Positions 9,570 through 20,814 of a stretch of 64,000 nucleotides of DNA are shown here, piece after piece. Source of the stretch: a virus (taxonomy: Duplodnaviria > Caudoviricetes); IMG/VR virus record IMGVR_UViG_3300014205_000024, positions 1,462-65,461 of that record; one strand, 5' to 3'. The translations under genes and the position numbers were made by a program. Below the pieces are notes generated by a model. The model was not told the origin of the DNA, did not search any database, and saw nothing but the letters and a program-made list of their open reading frames with translations. Position 1 is the first letter of the stretch. Each line of letters starts with the position of its first letter.

Positions 9570-10076
9570 ATGAAAACCTCCAAAAACACCAAACGCTTCA
9601 AACTGCTTATCCAATCCGAAGGGTCTGACCGACCCATCATCACCGTAGAAAGTGACATCACCGGTGAGAAAAGATCAGCGTGTTCGCAGTGTGGGGATTT
9701 GATGGAGGCTTTCGCCATGGGATCATATATCATCAAGGACCTATTTGGATTCGATCCAGAACTGGCACTCCGGTTCCGCTATTCGATGGGGCTGCCCAAA
9801 GAAAGGGCAATCGATGTCGCACGGTCCAAGCACAATCTGACCGACGAAGATGCAAAGGAAGATGTGATGGCCATGGTCCGGTTCATCCGTGGCCTGCGCG
9901 GGTTCCTTGATGAAACCCTGCTGGCCAAGGAACAGAAGGATGACCTGATGATTCAAGCTGCCCGTCTGTTTCCACATGCCTTCATCATTGCCCAGCGATA
10001 TTCTGATGAAGCCAAAGCAATCCCCCAGTGTCCGGTTGGTAGTGAAGACGATGATGACGACATGGGGGAATTTTAA
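9570..10076 (+). CDS. hypothetical protein
   Basis: AAGGA RBS; acidic C-terminus. Confidence 0.6.
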   Translation: MKTSKNTKRFKLLIQSEGSDRPIITVESDITGEKRSACSQCGDLMEAFAMGSYIIKDLFGFDPELALRFRYSMGLPKERAIDVARSKHNLTDEDAKEDVMAMVRFIRGLRGFLDETLLAKEQKDDLMIQAARLFPHAFIIAQRYSDEAKAIPQCPVGSEDDDDDMGEF

Positions 10077-10552
10077 TGTCCAACCAATCTGTCAGTGAGG
10101 AACTGATTCTGCTGATCAGGCGTCTGTTCTTCAAAGACCGGGAAAAAGAGTTCTTCCAGCAACGCGACCTGATCCTCCAAGCCATCACCTACCCTGCCCA
10201 TTACCTACACGGGCGGGGCGTGGGGATGGACGAGGAACCCTATCGCGATCTGGTGAAGGGCGTGATTCTGGACATTCATTCCAAATCCCCGGTGATCAAG
10301 TTCTTTGGAGCCTACTTCCTCGGGGCCATCCAGAAGCACATGGTCTATCGGGGGGAGAAGTATTACTACGAGGGGGTCAAGGCCCGTAACAGGCTGACCC
10401 CCCTTGTTGAGGGGATTATGGCAGCCAAGGCATTCGCCCCACGTTCACGTGAGAAGAACTGCGAGGCCCTCGCCTTGGCCCATACCGCTCTCAAGACCAG
10501 CCGGAAGCGCAGGATAGCCCCCAGTGCGGGGAAACAACTATCGCTGATCTGA
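10076..10552 (+). CDS. hypothetical protein
   Basis: TAATG overlap; converges on giant gene. Confidence 0.6.
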   Translation: MSNQSVSEELILLIRRLFFKDREKEFFQQRDLILQAITYPAHYLHGRGVGMDEEPYRDLVKGVILDIHSKSPVIKFFGAYFLGAIQKHMVYRGEKYYYEGVKARNRLTPLVEGIMAAKAFAPRSREKNCEALALAHTALKTSRKRRIAPSAGKQLSLI

Positions 10553-13500
10553 GGTCTTGGTATGCTTGGCCTGCTGTAGTTCCTTGATCACCTCAAGGGC
10601 CACCTCGTCCAGCATCTTCTCCATCTGGGGCTGCCGTCGTTCGTATTCGACGGCAGCTTCCATGACCTTCTTTTTGATCAGCCCACCCTTGTCATTCACA
10701 TAGGCCACGAAGTCCGCTTTCGAGGATTCGGCCAGACCTGGCGCAGAGTAGGGGCTCAGGTAGGACTTCACCTTGTCCAACTCCTGAACCGTCTTGATCT
10801 CTTCCTTCCCAATGAGCGCACGCAGGGCCAGCTTTACTTCGTTCCTGTCGCCCTTGATCAGGCCGTAGCGCAAAGCACGCCTGTCTGCTGTCGGCTGATC
10901 CCAAGGATCAGACTGGCCTGAGCCTTTTTTCTTTCCGATCTTCGTATTGAAGTCATCGATGATCTGGTAAAGCGAGGGCTCGGCACGTTTAATGTCAAGA
11001 CCCGCAACCTGTGCCGCCCTGATCCACTGGGGTTGAGGCGTCAGTTCATAGCGTCCACGGGGCAGGTTGCCTTCTCCAAAGACTTTATTTGCACCATACC
11101 CCACAAGCGGGGGGGCCATCAGGAACCAAAGCTTCTGTCCCATCTTGGCGAAGTTCCGGGTCGAAGCGTATTTGTCCACGGTGTATTTGCTGCCCGTCAT
11201 GGGATCAAACCCGGCAACAATCTGGAGTGCCTGAACCAAGGGCAACTGGTCAGTGACCGCCGAGTAGTTCAGCAGTCGTTCGACAAGCCGCTCGGGATTG
11301 ATGATGTCCGAAGAGTTGCGGAATCCAAGGACAGCGCCAAATGGGTTGAGGCTCGAAGCATCAAACATCAGTTGGTATCCCTGTCCTTCGCGGATAGGAA
11401 GCAGCCCCGTATTCATCCGAGCCAAAAGTTGGCCATAGCGTTCATACACCGATTCCAAATCGTCGTCGTCTGCTCCATACATTCCCTTGAAGGCTTGGGT
11501 CATGAGCATCGGAAGTCCGAGGACAAGCCCCAGCCGCGCACTCTTGCTATGCCATGCGTTCTTGAAGACTCGTCCCATTTCCAGATTCACTGCATCCGTG
11601 GCCAAGTTCTTCACTTCACCCGGAATCTGTCTGACGATGTTCTCTCCAATCTTTCCGGTCTGCTGGGCAAAGGAGGCAAATGGCATCACCGTGCGCTTGA
11701 TCCATTTGAAGGTCTGTGTCTTCGGGGTCATGTCGTAGTAGGGGAAATACTTCCTCACCTCACGGGCAGCTTCCTGCTTGCTCATGCCATCAGCAAGATA
11801 ACTGTAGTAGGTGGAAAGCTTTGTCACACTTTCGGAGAAGTCATACCCGCGCCCTACTTTTTTGTTTAATTCGATCAGGGCCTCAAACATGGCGTTCTTA
11901 TCCTTCGCACTCATGTTCTTGAGTAGGTTGGCCATTTCTTCGCCATATCCCTTGGTCAGTTCGGTGGCAGAGAAGTTACCCGCGATCACCCCAAGCTTAA
12001 GGGCTTCCGCATAATCATCCCCACCATTCCAGATGTCGCCGATTGCCTTGGAGTAGTGGTTCCAGTTGCCGGGATACCACGGGGAATTACCCGCGATGAA
12101 TGCCATTGCCGAATCCGAGATCGCGTTGTGCGTCCATGTGACGGGATTGTATTTGGTCTTGGCCGACTTCCATCCCATCATGCCCCGGTCATACCACTTC
12201 ATGATCGTTCCCGGCAATTCCAGCGGGTCGGCAATTTCCTTATACACGCTCTCCTTGATGAAGTTCCCTGTCAGAATCTCCCCGTATTTCTTGGGCGCAA
12301 GGTCATGGCGCTTCTCATGATCCATCAGCTTATGCCACTTCTTCTTTTCGCTGGGGTCAAGCTTCTCGTATTCCATCGGCGTGATAACTCCGCCTTCCTT
12401 GAGTAGGGCATCACCTGCATTATCCAAGAACTCGGCGTTGGCTTGGTCGGTGAAGGCTGTGGCGATGGCGCGTGGGATGATGTAGGCAGGATCAATGATC
12501 ATCCCGCCCATCAGTTGCCCGGTGTCCTGATCCTTCATCAGCATCACCTTCTCGTCGAATGTCAGGGGTTTGTTCACAGCGTATTTGCTGCGGACAGAAT
12601 CCCATGCTGCATTGGCGTCAGCGTTCTTGGCTTGGATCAGCTTGATGAACTCCTTGAGTCCCACCTTCTGCGTGCGGGACGAGTTGTAGAGCCCGAACGC
12701 TTCCTTGGTGACGACCTGATTCAGGGCAGAGACAGCCTGTTTGCGGGAACGGATTCGCTTCCCACGTTTGTTGTCAACCACCAGCATACCGCCCTTTTGT
12801 TTGTAGCCCCATGCGGAAAGCTTGTTGAGTTGAAGCTGGTCGGAGTCGGTATTGGCCAGCACCTGACCCACCATGTTCTGGAGTTCTTTGGCTTCCCGGT
12901 TGTAGTAATACTCGGGGAGGTATTTGTCTTTGTTGAAGTCGAAGGTTTCTTGGCTCATTTCCCCACGGTCCACCCTCGCCTGTCCAACGTCAGTCAGAAT
13001 CTGTCTCACCTTGTCATGGATGGCGCGGAGTCCGGGGCTCAACTTGTCGCGGGTCATTCCCTTTTCTCCCTTGAGTGCAAGGGTCAGGGCGATGCGTCCG
13101 GTTTCATCAGCCTCGCTGGGATCGAGGGTGATTCCGGTAATGTGTCCTGTGCCGCCTTGGGTCAGGAGTGTCTGGAGTTCCTTGGCTATTGCCATTCCGT
13201 AGTTGCGAGCAGCAGATCGTTCGACCACCACCTGACGGACTTCCTCTGGGCTGTGCGCCATGAAGCGGAAGGGTGCAACCAGATTGGTCGCAATCTCTTT
13301 CGGGCTGAGGGAATAACTCAGGTCAGAGTCTTTTTTTTTAAGCTCGTCCGAAATGTCGAATGAGCTACGGGCTGCCGGGGGGTAGGCTCTGGCCGGAACA
13401 GAGAAGTCTGTCCCATACTGGGCCATCTTTGCATCCTCCTGACGTTGATTCTCAATAATCTTGGCCACCGTTTCATTAGAGAGTGCGTTGGTTTGGCCGA

Positions 13501-16500
13501 GGTCACCCACCAGATTGGTCAGCTTCTCGACGTAGCCGGGGTCTTCCCGGTTTGGCACGATCACGGGGCTCAGTTCGCTGGCCAGATAGGAAAGCTTCTG
13601 GTTAATCGATGCCTTGGGATCAAGGCTGAATTGCAGACCGGAAAGTTTCTTGGCCAGTTCGGCGTTGGCCTTGTCCTGATCAGTGGGGGCAGACTCCTTC
13701 GCTTGAAGGGGCTTCTTCTTTTTCGGCTCGTTGTCAGGAATTTCCACTCCCTCAAGTTCTTTGACCTGTGCGGCTTCCGCATCGGCGCGTTCCTTGAGTG
13801 CCGCCTGCCACCTGTTGCCCAAGGGCTCCGTAGTGGGGAAGCTTTGCATTTCCAGAGGCACTCCGAACTCGTTGTAGAATTCCTTCATGATCTTCGGATC
13901 AATCGTGAACGGCTTACCGGGTTTGTATTTCCCAGCCAGATCATCCAGCAACTGACTGACCCGTAGTCCGGTGATTTCTTGGCCCGTGCTGTTGGCGATT
14001 TCCAAAACTTTTTTCGCGCTGCGCTTGGCAAGCGGTTTGGTGCGAAGTCTGTTGGCTTCCTCAAACTCAGGAGCCGACGGCCCCTTGCCACGATCCGATT
14101 GAACCGGACTGGCGGGAATGGTTTGGAGTTCATCCACAATGCCACGGATGCGGGTTGTTTCCCCGCCGCCCGTGATGTCAGAACTGGCACCACCACCCAT
14201 GGAAGAACCAAGGATGTGCGTGCGGACTTGGCCGAGGATGTTGGCGATGCGCTTGCGCTCAATCGGATCGGTGATCTTCTGGTTCAGGGCAGAGAGGTTT
14301 GGGTAACGCTTGGCGTTTTCCTTGTTCACCTTCTCGGCTTCTGCGGCCTCTTGCGGCGTGATAACCCTGATGTTCTTCTCAGGGATTCCGTCAAAGAGTT
14401 GGGTCAGCGTTAGTTCCTCACGGGACATATTGGACTGTCTCAGTGCCTCGGCAATAGCGTTGGTAACCTCGGGGTTCGGCACGCCGGGTTCCTTTGACCT
14501 ATCCCGATTAAAGGACGGGCCTTTACGCTCGCTGGAAAGCGGCTTGGACTTCTTGCGATCATCCATCCATGTGCGCTTGCCTTGGGATTCCTTGCTGAGT
14601 TCCCGTCCGGTGGCGATGTCTTCACCGTGCTCGGCCAGTTGTTGCTGCTGGGCGACTTTGTTATTGAACCTCGGGCCATTCAGATCGATGCCGTATTTCT
14701 TGAAGTAGTCCCGCAGGATTCCGAGGACTTCCCCGGAACTCATTTGGTTCATGGCTGCCGTCACACCCAGAGGGGAGAAGGCATCATCGTTCTCACCCAG
14801 AATCTTGAGTGAGGCGTTGTCCGTCTTGGAGGCACGGGTGATCTTGATGATCTCGTTGCTGGAGGCAGCAGCTTTGCGAAGGACGTTTCCGCCTTCATCC
14901 ATGATCCCGTTGTTTTCGTTCTCACGCTGATAGACGGCTTTGGCGGCACGGTTCAGTGCGGCCTTGCGGGTTTGTGATCCTCCAAATCCCATGGCGACGT
15001 AGGTTTCGATCAGGTCTTTGACCGTAACAGACATACCGGGAGTATCCGTATAGGAGCCGTCAGGATTCTTAACTCGGGTCACTCCACGGTTCGGGAAGAA
15101 GATAGGCTGCGAAGCATCGGGATCACTCATGATCTTAGCATATACCAAGGCTGGTGAGTTCGCTCCGATCCGAGCAAAGTTGGTCTGGCGATCCGCATCC
15201 AAGTTATCCTGAATTTCTTCGATGATCCGTTTCTTATAGGAATCCCTGATCTCTTGGGCCGTATTGTCAAAGGCTTCCAAAGCATCACCCAGTTTCCCGG
15301 TGAGGCCGGGCGCTCCATCGGAGTCGATGTAGTCACTGATGTCCAGACGCCCATCGTCAATGCCCTGTTCGTTCTGGGACTTCCACTTGTTGTAGCGTTG
15401 CAGTTCCTCCCACAGATCGGGACGAAGCTGTTGTATGTCAGCAAAGTTCTGCTTCAACTCTTCGGCCATGTCGGCGTTGAGTCTGGCACGGAACCGGGAC
15501 ATGCTGCGCTCGGTGTAGGTTCCTGTCGGTGCTTCAAAAGAGTTTCGGTAGATGGCAGCAGTGAGGGCTCTGGCGTATGATGCCATGCGATCAGCTTCGG
15601 TTTCACCTTCAATGGTGGCCACGTTATCTGACGGGGAATCCGAGTCACCCGCAGGAGCCCCGTCCACATCATCAATCAACGGAACCTTGGTGATCTTGCC
15701 GGGGCCAATAACCTCGGGCTCAAGATACTGCCTCACGAAGTCACGGTTGATCGCTGCGTAAAGCTGTTGGATGAACTGCTTCCCGTCCTTGAATTGGGAC
15801 TTCGCGCTCTTTCCTTCCATCCCGGTTTCAACGGCATTGTCACCAAGTCCCGTGAGTTCCTTGTTGTTCTCGGTCTGGGGGACGCTGTTGAGGATGGTTA
15901 GATCGACGTTTCCGCTTTTGCCCTTGGTGGTTCCAAAGCGTCCGCTCGCCTTCCACTTGATCAACTGCTGGATGGCAAAGGCTTCGGCCAATCCTTCGGC
16001 AGCAGCAGGGGAAATCCCCATCTGTCCACCGAATCGGCTGCCCCACCAGTAACCGTGGTTACGGGCCATTTCACGGATGCTGTCGAATCCGGTTCCGCCC
16101 TTTGGCCCCTCGACACCGGGTAGGCGGCTGGTGAACAGGCGCATGAGGTCAGGATCAAGGGCGATGGTGTTCTCCTTGGCTTCCTTGGAGGTCTGCTCGA
16201 TCTTCTTGAGCACGCCGCGAATGTCGCCAACCTTACCAGATGCGATGTCCAGCAACTCAAATCCGGTCAGGTTCTGGATGCCGCTCAGTGCGGTGGCGTA
16301 ATCGTCGATGGCCTTGCGCTGTTGGGGCGTCAGGTCGGTGATCGGAATCCCTCCCTCGAAGATGGTCTTGCGGCCACGGGTTTCGCGTGCTGCGACAACG
16401 TCCGCATTCTCATTGCGTCCTGCAAGGAGTTCCTTGCGCTTGCCCTCAGTGGCATCAACGGCTTCTTCATCATCCATTCCCACTTCGGATTTCAGCAGGG

Positions 16501-19500
16501 TTCGGAGGTCTTTCAGCTTCCCACGATTGTTGGCATCGATGGGCCTGATGACTTCCTTCTCTTCCTTGAGGGTGCGAGGAACCGGAAGCTTGGCATACTG
16601 CCGCTTGGCCTTTTCGGCAACCCCCTGCATGAACGGTGAGTTCTTGATGTAGTTGCGCACCATGCGCTCCGCATTCCGGCGAAGGTTGTTGAGGCGCACC
16701 GTGGAGGCACGGGCGGCACGGTTGATCTGGAAAGCATACTGGGACATCGCATCCGTGGTGCTGGTGAAAGTCTTCTGGACGTTACCCGTTTTGTCTTCCA
16801 CTTGGACGATGTCCTGAACCAGATCGCCCCACTTGTCGATGTTGCTGGAGTGCAGAACGTCGAGCAGCCCGTCCTTAGTGTAACGCTTGGCGAACACTTC
16901 CCCGAGGTGGGCAACCAGTTCTTCATTCAGGGCAGCCGTGAATTCGGCCTCGCTGATCTTGGGGTTGTTGGCGCGGAGAACCCTGTCGTAGGTGTCCTTG
17001 AAGTGGTCGAAGTTGTAGTAGCCAAGCTGGTTGAAGAAGTCAGGCCCCGAACTCTGGATCAGTCCAGCCAGTGCGGTGACGTTGTCTCTGGTCATCAGCC
17101 CGTTTTCGAGCAAGCTGTTGAGTTGGCGATGGGTCGCTTCGTGTCCGTATTTCTGGGCGATGAAGTTGGAAATCTCCGACTTGATCGGGATAGCCAAAGC
17201 ATACCGGGCATTGATGAAGATCGTGCCGGATGCCGTATCGATGAACGCAGGTTGGACTGCGGCCTCGGGGCCAAACATCTTAACGATTTCCTCGGGCATG
17301 AGGATTTTGACGGACTTGGAGTTCTCGCCATACTTCTTTTCCACTTCCTTCTGGAGGATTTGGCGGCGGGTTTCGATCTCCTTTTTGACCTGCTCGCTGG
17401 TGGAAAGCTTCGTGCTGGAGGCTTTCATCAGTTCCCCAGCTTCGTTCTTCTGCTGCTCGGCAATCAGGTAAACCTTGTATGCCTGTTCGTAGGCGCGAGC
17501 CCGGTAGTCGGGCGATGCGGCGATGGCGTCAACGTCCTCTTGGAACCCGATGGTGTCTGGGTTGTCGGCATCGAAGTGTCCTTCCGGGTCAGCGGAGAAC
17601 TTGATGTCACGGGCCTTGGCTTCCATGGCCTTGATGGCTTCGCGGGTCGCATCGATCTCGTCGCGTGCGGCCTTGGCTTCCTTGCCCTTGAGATCGGAGG
17701 ATTCGTAGGCCACCTTCTGAGCGTTCAGCTTGGCCCTGAGTGCGGCCATGTCGGCGTTGAACTTCTTGATGGAGTTGGCAGTTTCATTCTCAGCCCCCGG
17801 CGCTTTGGCCTCGGGCTTGACTCCGAGTGCTTCCTGCAATCGCGAATAGCGAATGCCGTTGTTCCATGTCCAGAAGGCTTTCTTGCCGCCCTGCCTGTTG
17901 AATGAGGCCCCATCCTTTTCAGAGAACCCATAGGCACGGAGCGAGGTTTCCTGCCGTCCATGAATCTTATTCAGGTGCGACAAAAGTTTTTGCGTCGGCT
18001 TGTCGCCGGGTTCGCTTTCCCAGTCCTTGATCACCGGGAACCCGCTCTTACCCTTGGGTTCTTTAATGCCCTTTTCAGCCTTCACCTTGGTCTTCTTCTC
18101 GGGAACAACGGACTCAGGCGTCTTGGCCTCGGGCTTGCCTTCCGGGATTTCGATCTCATCCAGCTTGGCGTCCACTTGGGGAACAGCTTCATCCAGACCA
18201 CGGCTGATCTCAGACAAGGACATTTCTCCAATACCCTTATCCATCGCCTTGATGGTTTCGGGGCTGACCTGTGCGCCTTGGGCAACGTAGTTGCGCAGGG
18301 CTTGTTCACGGGCTCTGGCAGAAAGATCGCTCAGTGCTGCTGAACTGATCGCAGGATCACGGGAAACAAGTCGTTCAATCAGGTCGGTGTCGTCCTTGGC
18401 TGCGGGAATATCCTCGATGGATTTGATCCCGGCTGCGGCATGCTGGTTGGAAAGGGTGGCGTTGGCCTTGGCGATCTCGCTGACGCGCCATGCCTCGTCC
18501 GTCATTTCGACGATTTCCTCATTTTCCTGAGGGGTCGAAGAATCTTGGGCAATGGTGGTGTCCGTGGTGGCTACCTTGGCCTTTTTGACTTTGGCCACAG
18601 TCTGGGCGGCAGCCGCAGTGGACTCGGCAGCACTGACCTTGGCGCGTTCTTCGGCGGCGGCTTTGGCTTCGGGGCTCAGGAACTTCCCGGCCATGACGGC
18701 TTTGGTTTTGGCAGCAAACGAGGCGAGTTCAGCCGCATTGAAGTTGGCCATACCAATCCGCTTCCCGTCTGAGAACAGCTTGTTGGTTTCGCTGATCTTG
18801 GTCATCCCGCTCATGGGGCCGGATGCCATCAGGGTGAGCAGGTAGGTGTTGGTGTATTCATCCAAGTCGAACTTCTTATCTCGAACGACGCTGCCCGCAA
18901 TATCTCCTGCGGCTTGCGTGCTGAGTTCTTCGACGGGCTCCTTGATGAAGGTGTCCAGACCAACTTCTTTTGCCAGATAGGCAACACGACGGGCAATACC
19001 GGGGCCACCAACGGCTTTGATCTGTTCGATCAAGCCCTTGCCCTTGTTGAATTCACCGAATCGTCCCAAGAGTTTGTTCATGGCAACTGCGGTGATGGCC
19101 TGTGCTCCAGCTTCAATCTGCTTGGCTTTTTCGATCTCGTCAGGAGTCATGTCCGCATAGTTCGGATCGTTGGCATACATGCGCTCAAGCTGTGCGCGGT
19201 CACCACCATACTCTTGAAGTCCGGTGATGGCATACATCCCCCACTTGGTTCCGTTGATCAGGCCCGTGCGAATGGCCGGGATCATATTCCCGATCACGCC
19301 AACTCCCTGACCAATCAAGCTGGACTCCACATTGGGATTGATCCCTCTGTTGAAAATGTATTTCCCTGCCATGTCTGCGATCTCATTGGTCGCTTGGTCA
19401 ATCCGCTTGGGAGACTCGGCATACCGATCTGCTACCGCATCAAAGCCTTTGACTCGCACCAAACCAGATGTTGCGCCAGCAAGCAGGGATGCCGTGCCGC

Positions 19501-20809
19501 CGATCAGGGTAGCCAGTCCGCTTACCGCTCCCTTTCCAAGAATGGGCAGTGCGCTGAGAACCTTTTCCTTGCCCTCGTCCTTGAGGTAGTTCTTCTGGTA
19601 TTCGCGCATGGCCTGATACTTGGACATGCCGGGACGTTCTTCCATGAAGTCCTTGAAGTCTCCATAGCCCTGATTAATAAACTCGTCGGCTGTGGCTTCT
19701 TCGATCTGACGACGCTGCTTTTCCAGCACGCCCTTCATCATGTTGCCGTCTTCGGACTGAATCTTCCCACCCTTGACCGCAGCATCGATGGCGTCATAGG
19801 TCTTGATGAAATCCGCATCGTTTTTGATCCGGTCTTTCAGAACAACCGGGCGACCATCAAATGAGAAAACCGTGTCCTCGTCCTTGAGGTCTTTCTTGAA
19901 CTGCTCGGGGATTGCGGTGGAGTCTTGGAATGCCGTGGCGATGGCACCATTGACATCGATCTGTTGGTTCTTGGCCAAGTCAGACCAGATGCGCTGGAGT
20001 GATTCGTTGGCCTTTTCCACTGTGATCACACCGTTCTGGACATCACGCTCAAACATTTGTTTGGCTTCATTGAACTCAGGAACATCGCGGAGTTGCTTGC
20101 CGATCTTTCCCTCGAAGTTGCGCTGGACGTATTGATCAATGTCCTCCACATCGGAAACCTTTTCACCGTTCAGCCTATCCTCAAGTGCCTTCTGGTCTTC
20201 TTCCTCGACGAGGATATTGGCACGCACCCCTTCCTTGGGGGCTTCCTGCTTGGGATAGAGGCGACGGAAATGGTCAGGGGCGAGTCCCTTTTTTGCAGAC
20301 TCTTCATCGTTGTCGTGGATGTTCTGCTTGTAGAGGTCGTAATACTCACGAAGCTTGGTGTCGTCCTTGGGGAATCCGTCGGCATCGAGATCGGAAGTAT
20401 TATCCTCCAAACGTGCTGTCAGTGGTGTGGCCGATTGGTCGTCCTTCTTTTTATCACGCTTAAAGTATTGGCCGAAGGTCATTTCCTTCCGCTTCACGGA
20501 TGCGGCGATCTCCTGCTTGCGCAGTTCCTTTGCATCCTCTTCTTCCTGAGTGGGCTTGGTGTAGTCCTTCCGTGCGCCATAAAGTGAGCGCATGGCCTTA
20601 TCGATGTCGCCCTCATGCTGGAGGTAGGCAGTGTCAAAGTTCTTGGCGACAGCATCAACCTGTTGCTGGTTGACCTTTTTGCTCCCGATCATGTCGAGGA
20701 CGTAGCGTTGCTTGGCAATGTCAGCCTCACTCGGTTCGGGCTGTTCTACAGCCTCAGGTTCGAGTGCGGCATCTTCTTCATCTTGAAGCGGGAGTTTAGT
20801 GAGTGGCAT
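10538..20809 (-). CDS. giant internal virion/ejection protein with zincin-like metallopeptidase domain
   Basis: 3423 aa, last gene of virion operon; GHEATH + EELVAH; C-terminal KSAKTKYNP..HN and FPYYD...MPFASF motifs typical of large phage virion proteins. Confidence 0.8.
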   Translation of the reverse strand: MPLTKLPLQDEEDAALEPEAVEQPEPSEADIAKQRYVLDMIGSKKVNQQQVDAVAKNFDTAYLQHEGDIDKAMRSLYGARKDYTKPTQEEEDAKELRKQEIAASVKRKEMTFGQYFKRDKKKDDQSATPLTARLEDNTSDLDADGFPKDDTKLREYYDLYKQNIHDNDEESAKKGLAPDHFRRLYPKQEAPKEGVRANILVEEEDQKALEDRLNGEKVSDVEDIDQYVQRNFEGKIGKQLRDVPEFNEAKQMFERDVQNGVITVEKANESLQRIWSDLAKNQQIDVNGAIATAFQDSTAIPEQFKKDLKDEDTVFSFDGRPVVLKDRIKNDADFIKTYDAIDAAVKGGKIQSEDGNMMKGVLEKQRRQIEEATADEFINQGYGDFKDFMEERPGMSKYQAMREYQKNYLKDEGKEKVLSALPILGKGAVSGLATLIGGTASLLAGATSGLVRVKGFDAVADRYAESPKRIDQATNEIADMAGKYIFNRGINPNVESSLIGQGVGVIGNMIPAIRTGLINGTKWGMYAITGLQEYGGDRAQLERMYANDPNYADMTPDEIEKAKQIEAGAQAITAVAMNKLLGRFGEFNKGKGLIEQIKAVGGPGIARRVAYLAKEVGLDTFIKEPVEELSTQAAGDIAGSVVRDKKFDLDEYTNTYLLTLMASGPMSGMTKISETNKLFSDGKRIGMANFNAAELASFAAKTKAVMAGKFLSPEAKAAAEERAKVSAAESTAAAAQTVAKVKKAKVATTDTTIAQDSSTPQENEEIVEMTDEAWRVSEIAKANATLSNQHAAAGIKSIEDIPAAKDDTDLIERLVSRDPAISSAALSDLSARAREQALRNYVAQGAQVSPETIKAMDKGIGEMSLSEISRGLDEAVPQVDAKLDEIEIPEGKPEAKTPESVVPEKKTKVKAEKGIKEPKGKSGFPVIKDWESEPGDKPTQKLLSHLNKIHGRQETSLRAYGFSEKDGASFNRQGGKKAFWTWNNGIRYSRLQEALGVKPEAKAPGAENETANSIKKFNADMAALRAKLNAQKVAYESSDLKGKEAKAARDEIDATREAIKAMEAKARDIKFSADPEGHFDADNPDTIGFQEDVDAIAASPDYRARAYEQAYKVYLIAEQQKNEAGELMKASSTKLSTSEQVKKEIETRRQILQKEVEKKYGENSKSVKILMPEEIVKMFGPEAAVQPAFIDTASGTIFINARYALAIPIKSEISNFIAQKYGHEATHRQLNSLLENGLMTRDNVTALAGLIQSSGPDFFNQLGYYNFDHFKDTYDRVLRANNPKISEAEFTAALNEELVAHLGEVFAKRYTKDGLLDVLHSSNIDKWGDLVQDIVQVEDKTGNVQKTFTSTTDAMSQYAFQINRAARASTVRLNNLRRNAERMVRNYIKNSPFMQGVAEKAKRQYAKLPVPRTLKEEKEVIRPIDANNRGKLKDLRTLLKSEVGMDDEEAVDATEGKRKELLAGRNENADVVAARETRGRKTIFEGGIPITDLTPQQRKAIDDYATALSGIQNLTGFELLDIASGKVGDIRGVLKKIEQTSKEAKENTIALDPDLMRLFTSRLPGVEGPKGGTGFDSIREMARNHGYWWGSRFGGQMGISPAAAEGLAEAFAIQQLIKWKASGRFGTTKGKSGNVDLTILNSVPQTENNKELTGLGDNAVETGMEGKSAKSQFKDGKQFIQQLYAAINRDFVRQYLEPEVIGPGKITKVPLIDDVDGAPAGDSDSPSDNVATIEGETEADRMASYARALTAAIYRNSFEAPTGTYTERSMSRFRARLNADMAEELKQNFADIQQLRPDLWEELQRYNKWKSQNEQGIDDGRLDISDYIDSDGAPGLTGKLGDALEAFDNTAQEIRDSYKKRIIEEIQDNLDADRQTNFARIGANSPALVYAKIMSDPDASQPIFFPNRGVTRVKNPDGSYTDTPGMSVTVKDLIETYVAMGFGGSQTRKAALNRAAKAVYQRENENNGIMDEGGNVLRKAAASSNEIIKITRASKTDNASLKILGENDDAFSPLGVTAAMNQMSSGEVLGILRDYFKKYGIDLNGPRFNNKVAQQQQLAEHGEDIATGRELSKESQGKRTWMDDRKKSKPLSSERKGPSFNRDRSKEPGVPNPEVTNAIAEALRQSNMSREELTLTQLFDGIPEKNIRVITPQEAAEAEKVNKENAKRYPNLSALNQKITDPIERKRIANILGQVRTHILGSSMGGGASSDITGGGETTRIRGIVDELQTIPASPVQSDRGKGPSAPEFEEANRLRTKPLAKRSAKKVLEIANSTGQEITGLRVSQLLDDLAGKYKPGKPFTIDPKIMKEFYNEFGVPLEMQSFPTTEPLGNRWQAALKERADAEAAQVKELEGVEIPDNEPKKKKPLQAKESAPTDQDKANAELAKKLSGLQFSLDPKASINQKLSYLASELSPVIVPNREDPGYVEKLTNLVGDLGQTNALSNETVAKIIENQRQEDAKMAQYGTDFSVPARAYPPAARSSFDISDELKKKDSDLSYSLSPKEIATNLVAPFRFMAHSPEEVRQVVVERSAARNYGMAIAKELQTLLTQGGTGHITGITLDPSEADETGRIALTLALKGEKGMTRDKLSPGLRAIHDKVRQILTDVGQARVDRGEMSQETFDFNKDKYLPEYYYNREAKELQNMVGQVLANTDSDQLQLNKLSAWGYKQKGGMLVVDNKRGKRIRSRKQAVSALNQVVTKEAFGLYNSSRTQKVGLKEFIKLIQAKNADANAAWDSVRSKYAVNKPLTFDEKVMLMKDQDTGQLMGGMIIDPAYIIPRAIATAFTDQANAEFLDNAGDALLKEGGVITPMEYEKLDPSEKKKWHKLMDHEKRHDLAPKKYGEILTGNFIKESVYKEIADPLELPGTIMKWYDRGMMGWKSAKTKYNPVTWTHNAISDSAMAFIAGNSPWYPGNWNHYSKAIGDIWNGGDDYAEALKLGVIAGNFSATELTKGYGEEMANLLKNMSAKDKNAMFEALIELNKKVGRGYDFSESVTKLSTYYSYLADGMSKQEAAREVRKYFPYYDMTPKTQTFKWIKRTVMPFASFAQQTGKIGENIVRQIPGEVKNLATDAVNLEMGRVFKNAWHSKSARLGLVLGLPMLMTQAFKGMYGADDDDLESVYERYGQLLARMNTGLLPIREGQGYQLMFDASSLNPFGAVLGFRNSSDIINPERLVERLLNYSAVTDQLPLVQALQIVAGFDPMTGSKYTVDKYASTRNFAKMGQKLWFLMAPPLVGYGANKVFGEGNLPRGRYELTPQPQWIRAAQVAGLDIKRAEPSLYQIIDDFNTKIGKKKGSGQSDPWDQPTADRRALRYGLIKGDRNEVKLALRALIGKEEIKTVQELDKVKSYLSPYSAPGLAESSKADFVAYVNDKGGLIKKKVMEAAVEYERRQPQMEKMLDEVALEVIKELQQAKHTKTSDQR

Positions 20810-20814
20810 AGGAT

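Noticed and set aside
11033-20587. Long plus-strand ORFs opposite the giant gene (e.g. 12443-13363, 16802-17905) and similar shadows elsewhere
   Set aside because: Antisense shadows produced by codon bias; no RBS or motifs.
10538-20809. Giant protein as a virion RNA polymerase
   Set aside because: No complete DxDGD or T7-type polymerase motifs seen; DLDADGF and IDSDG are only partial matches.
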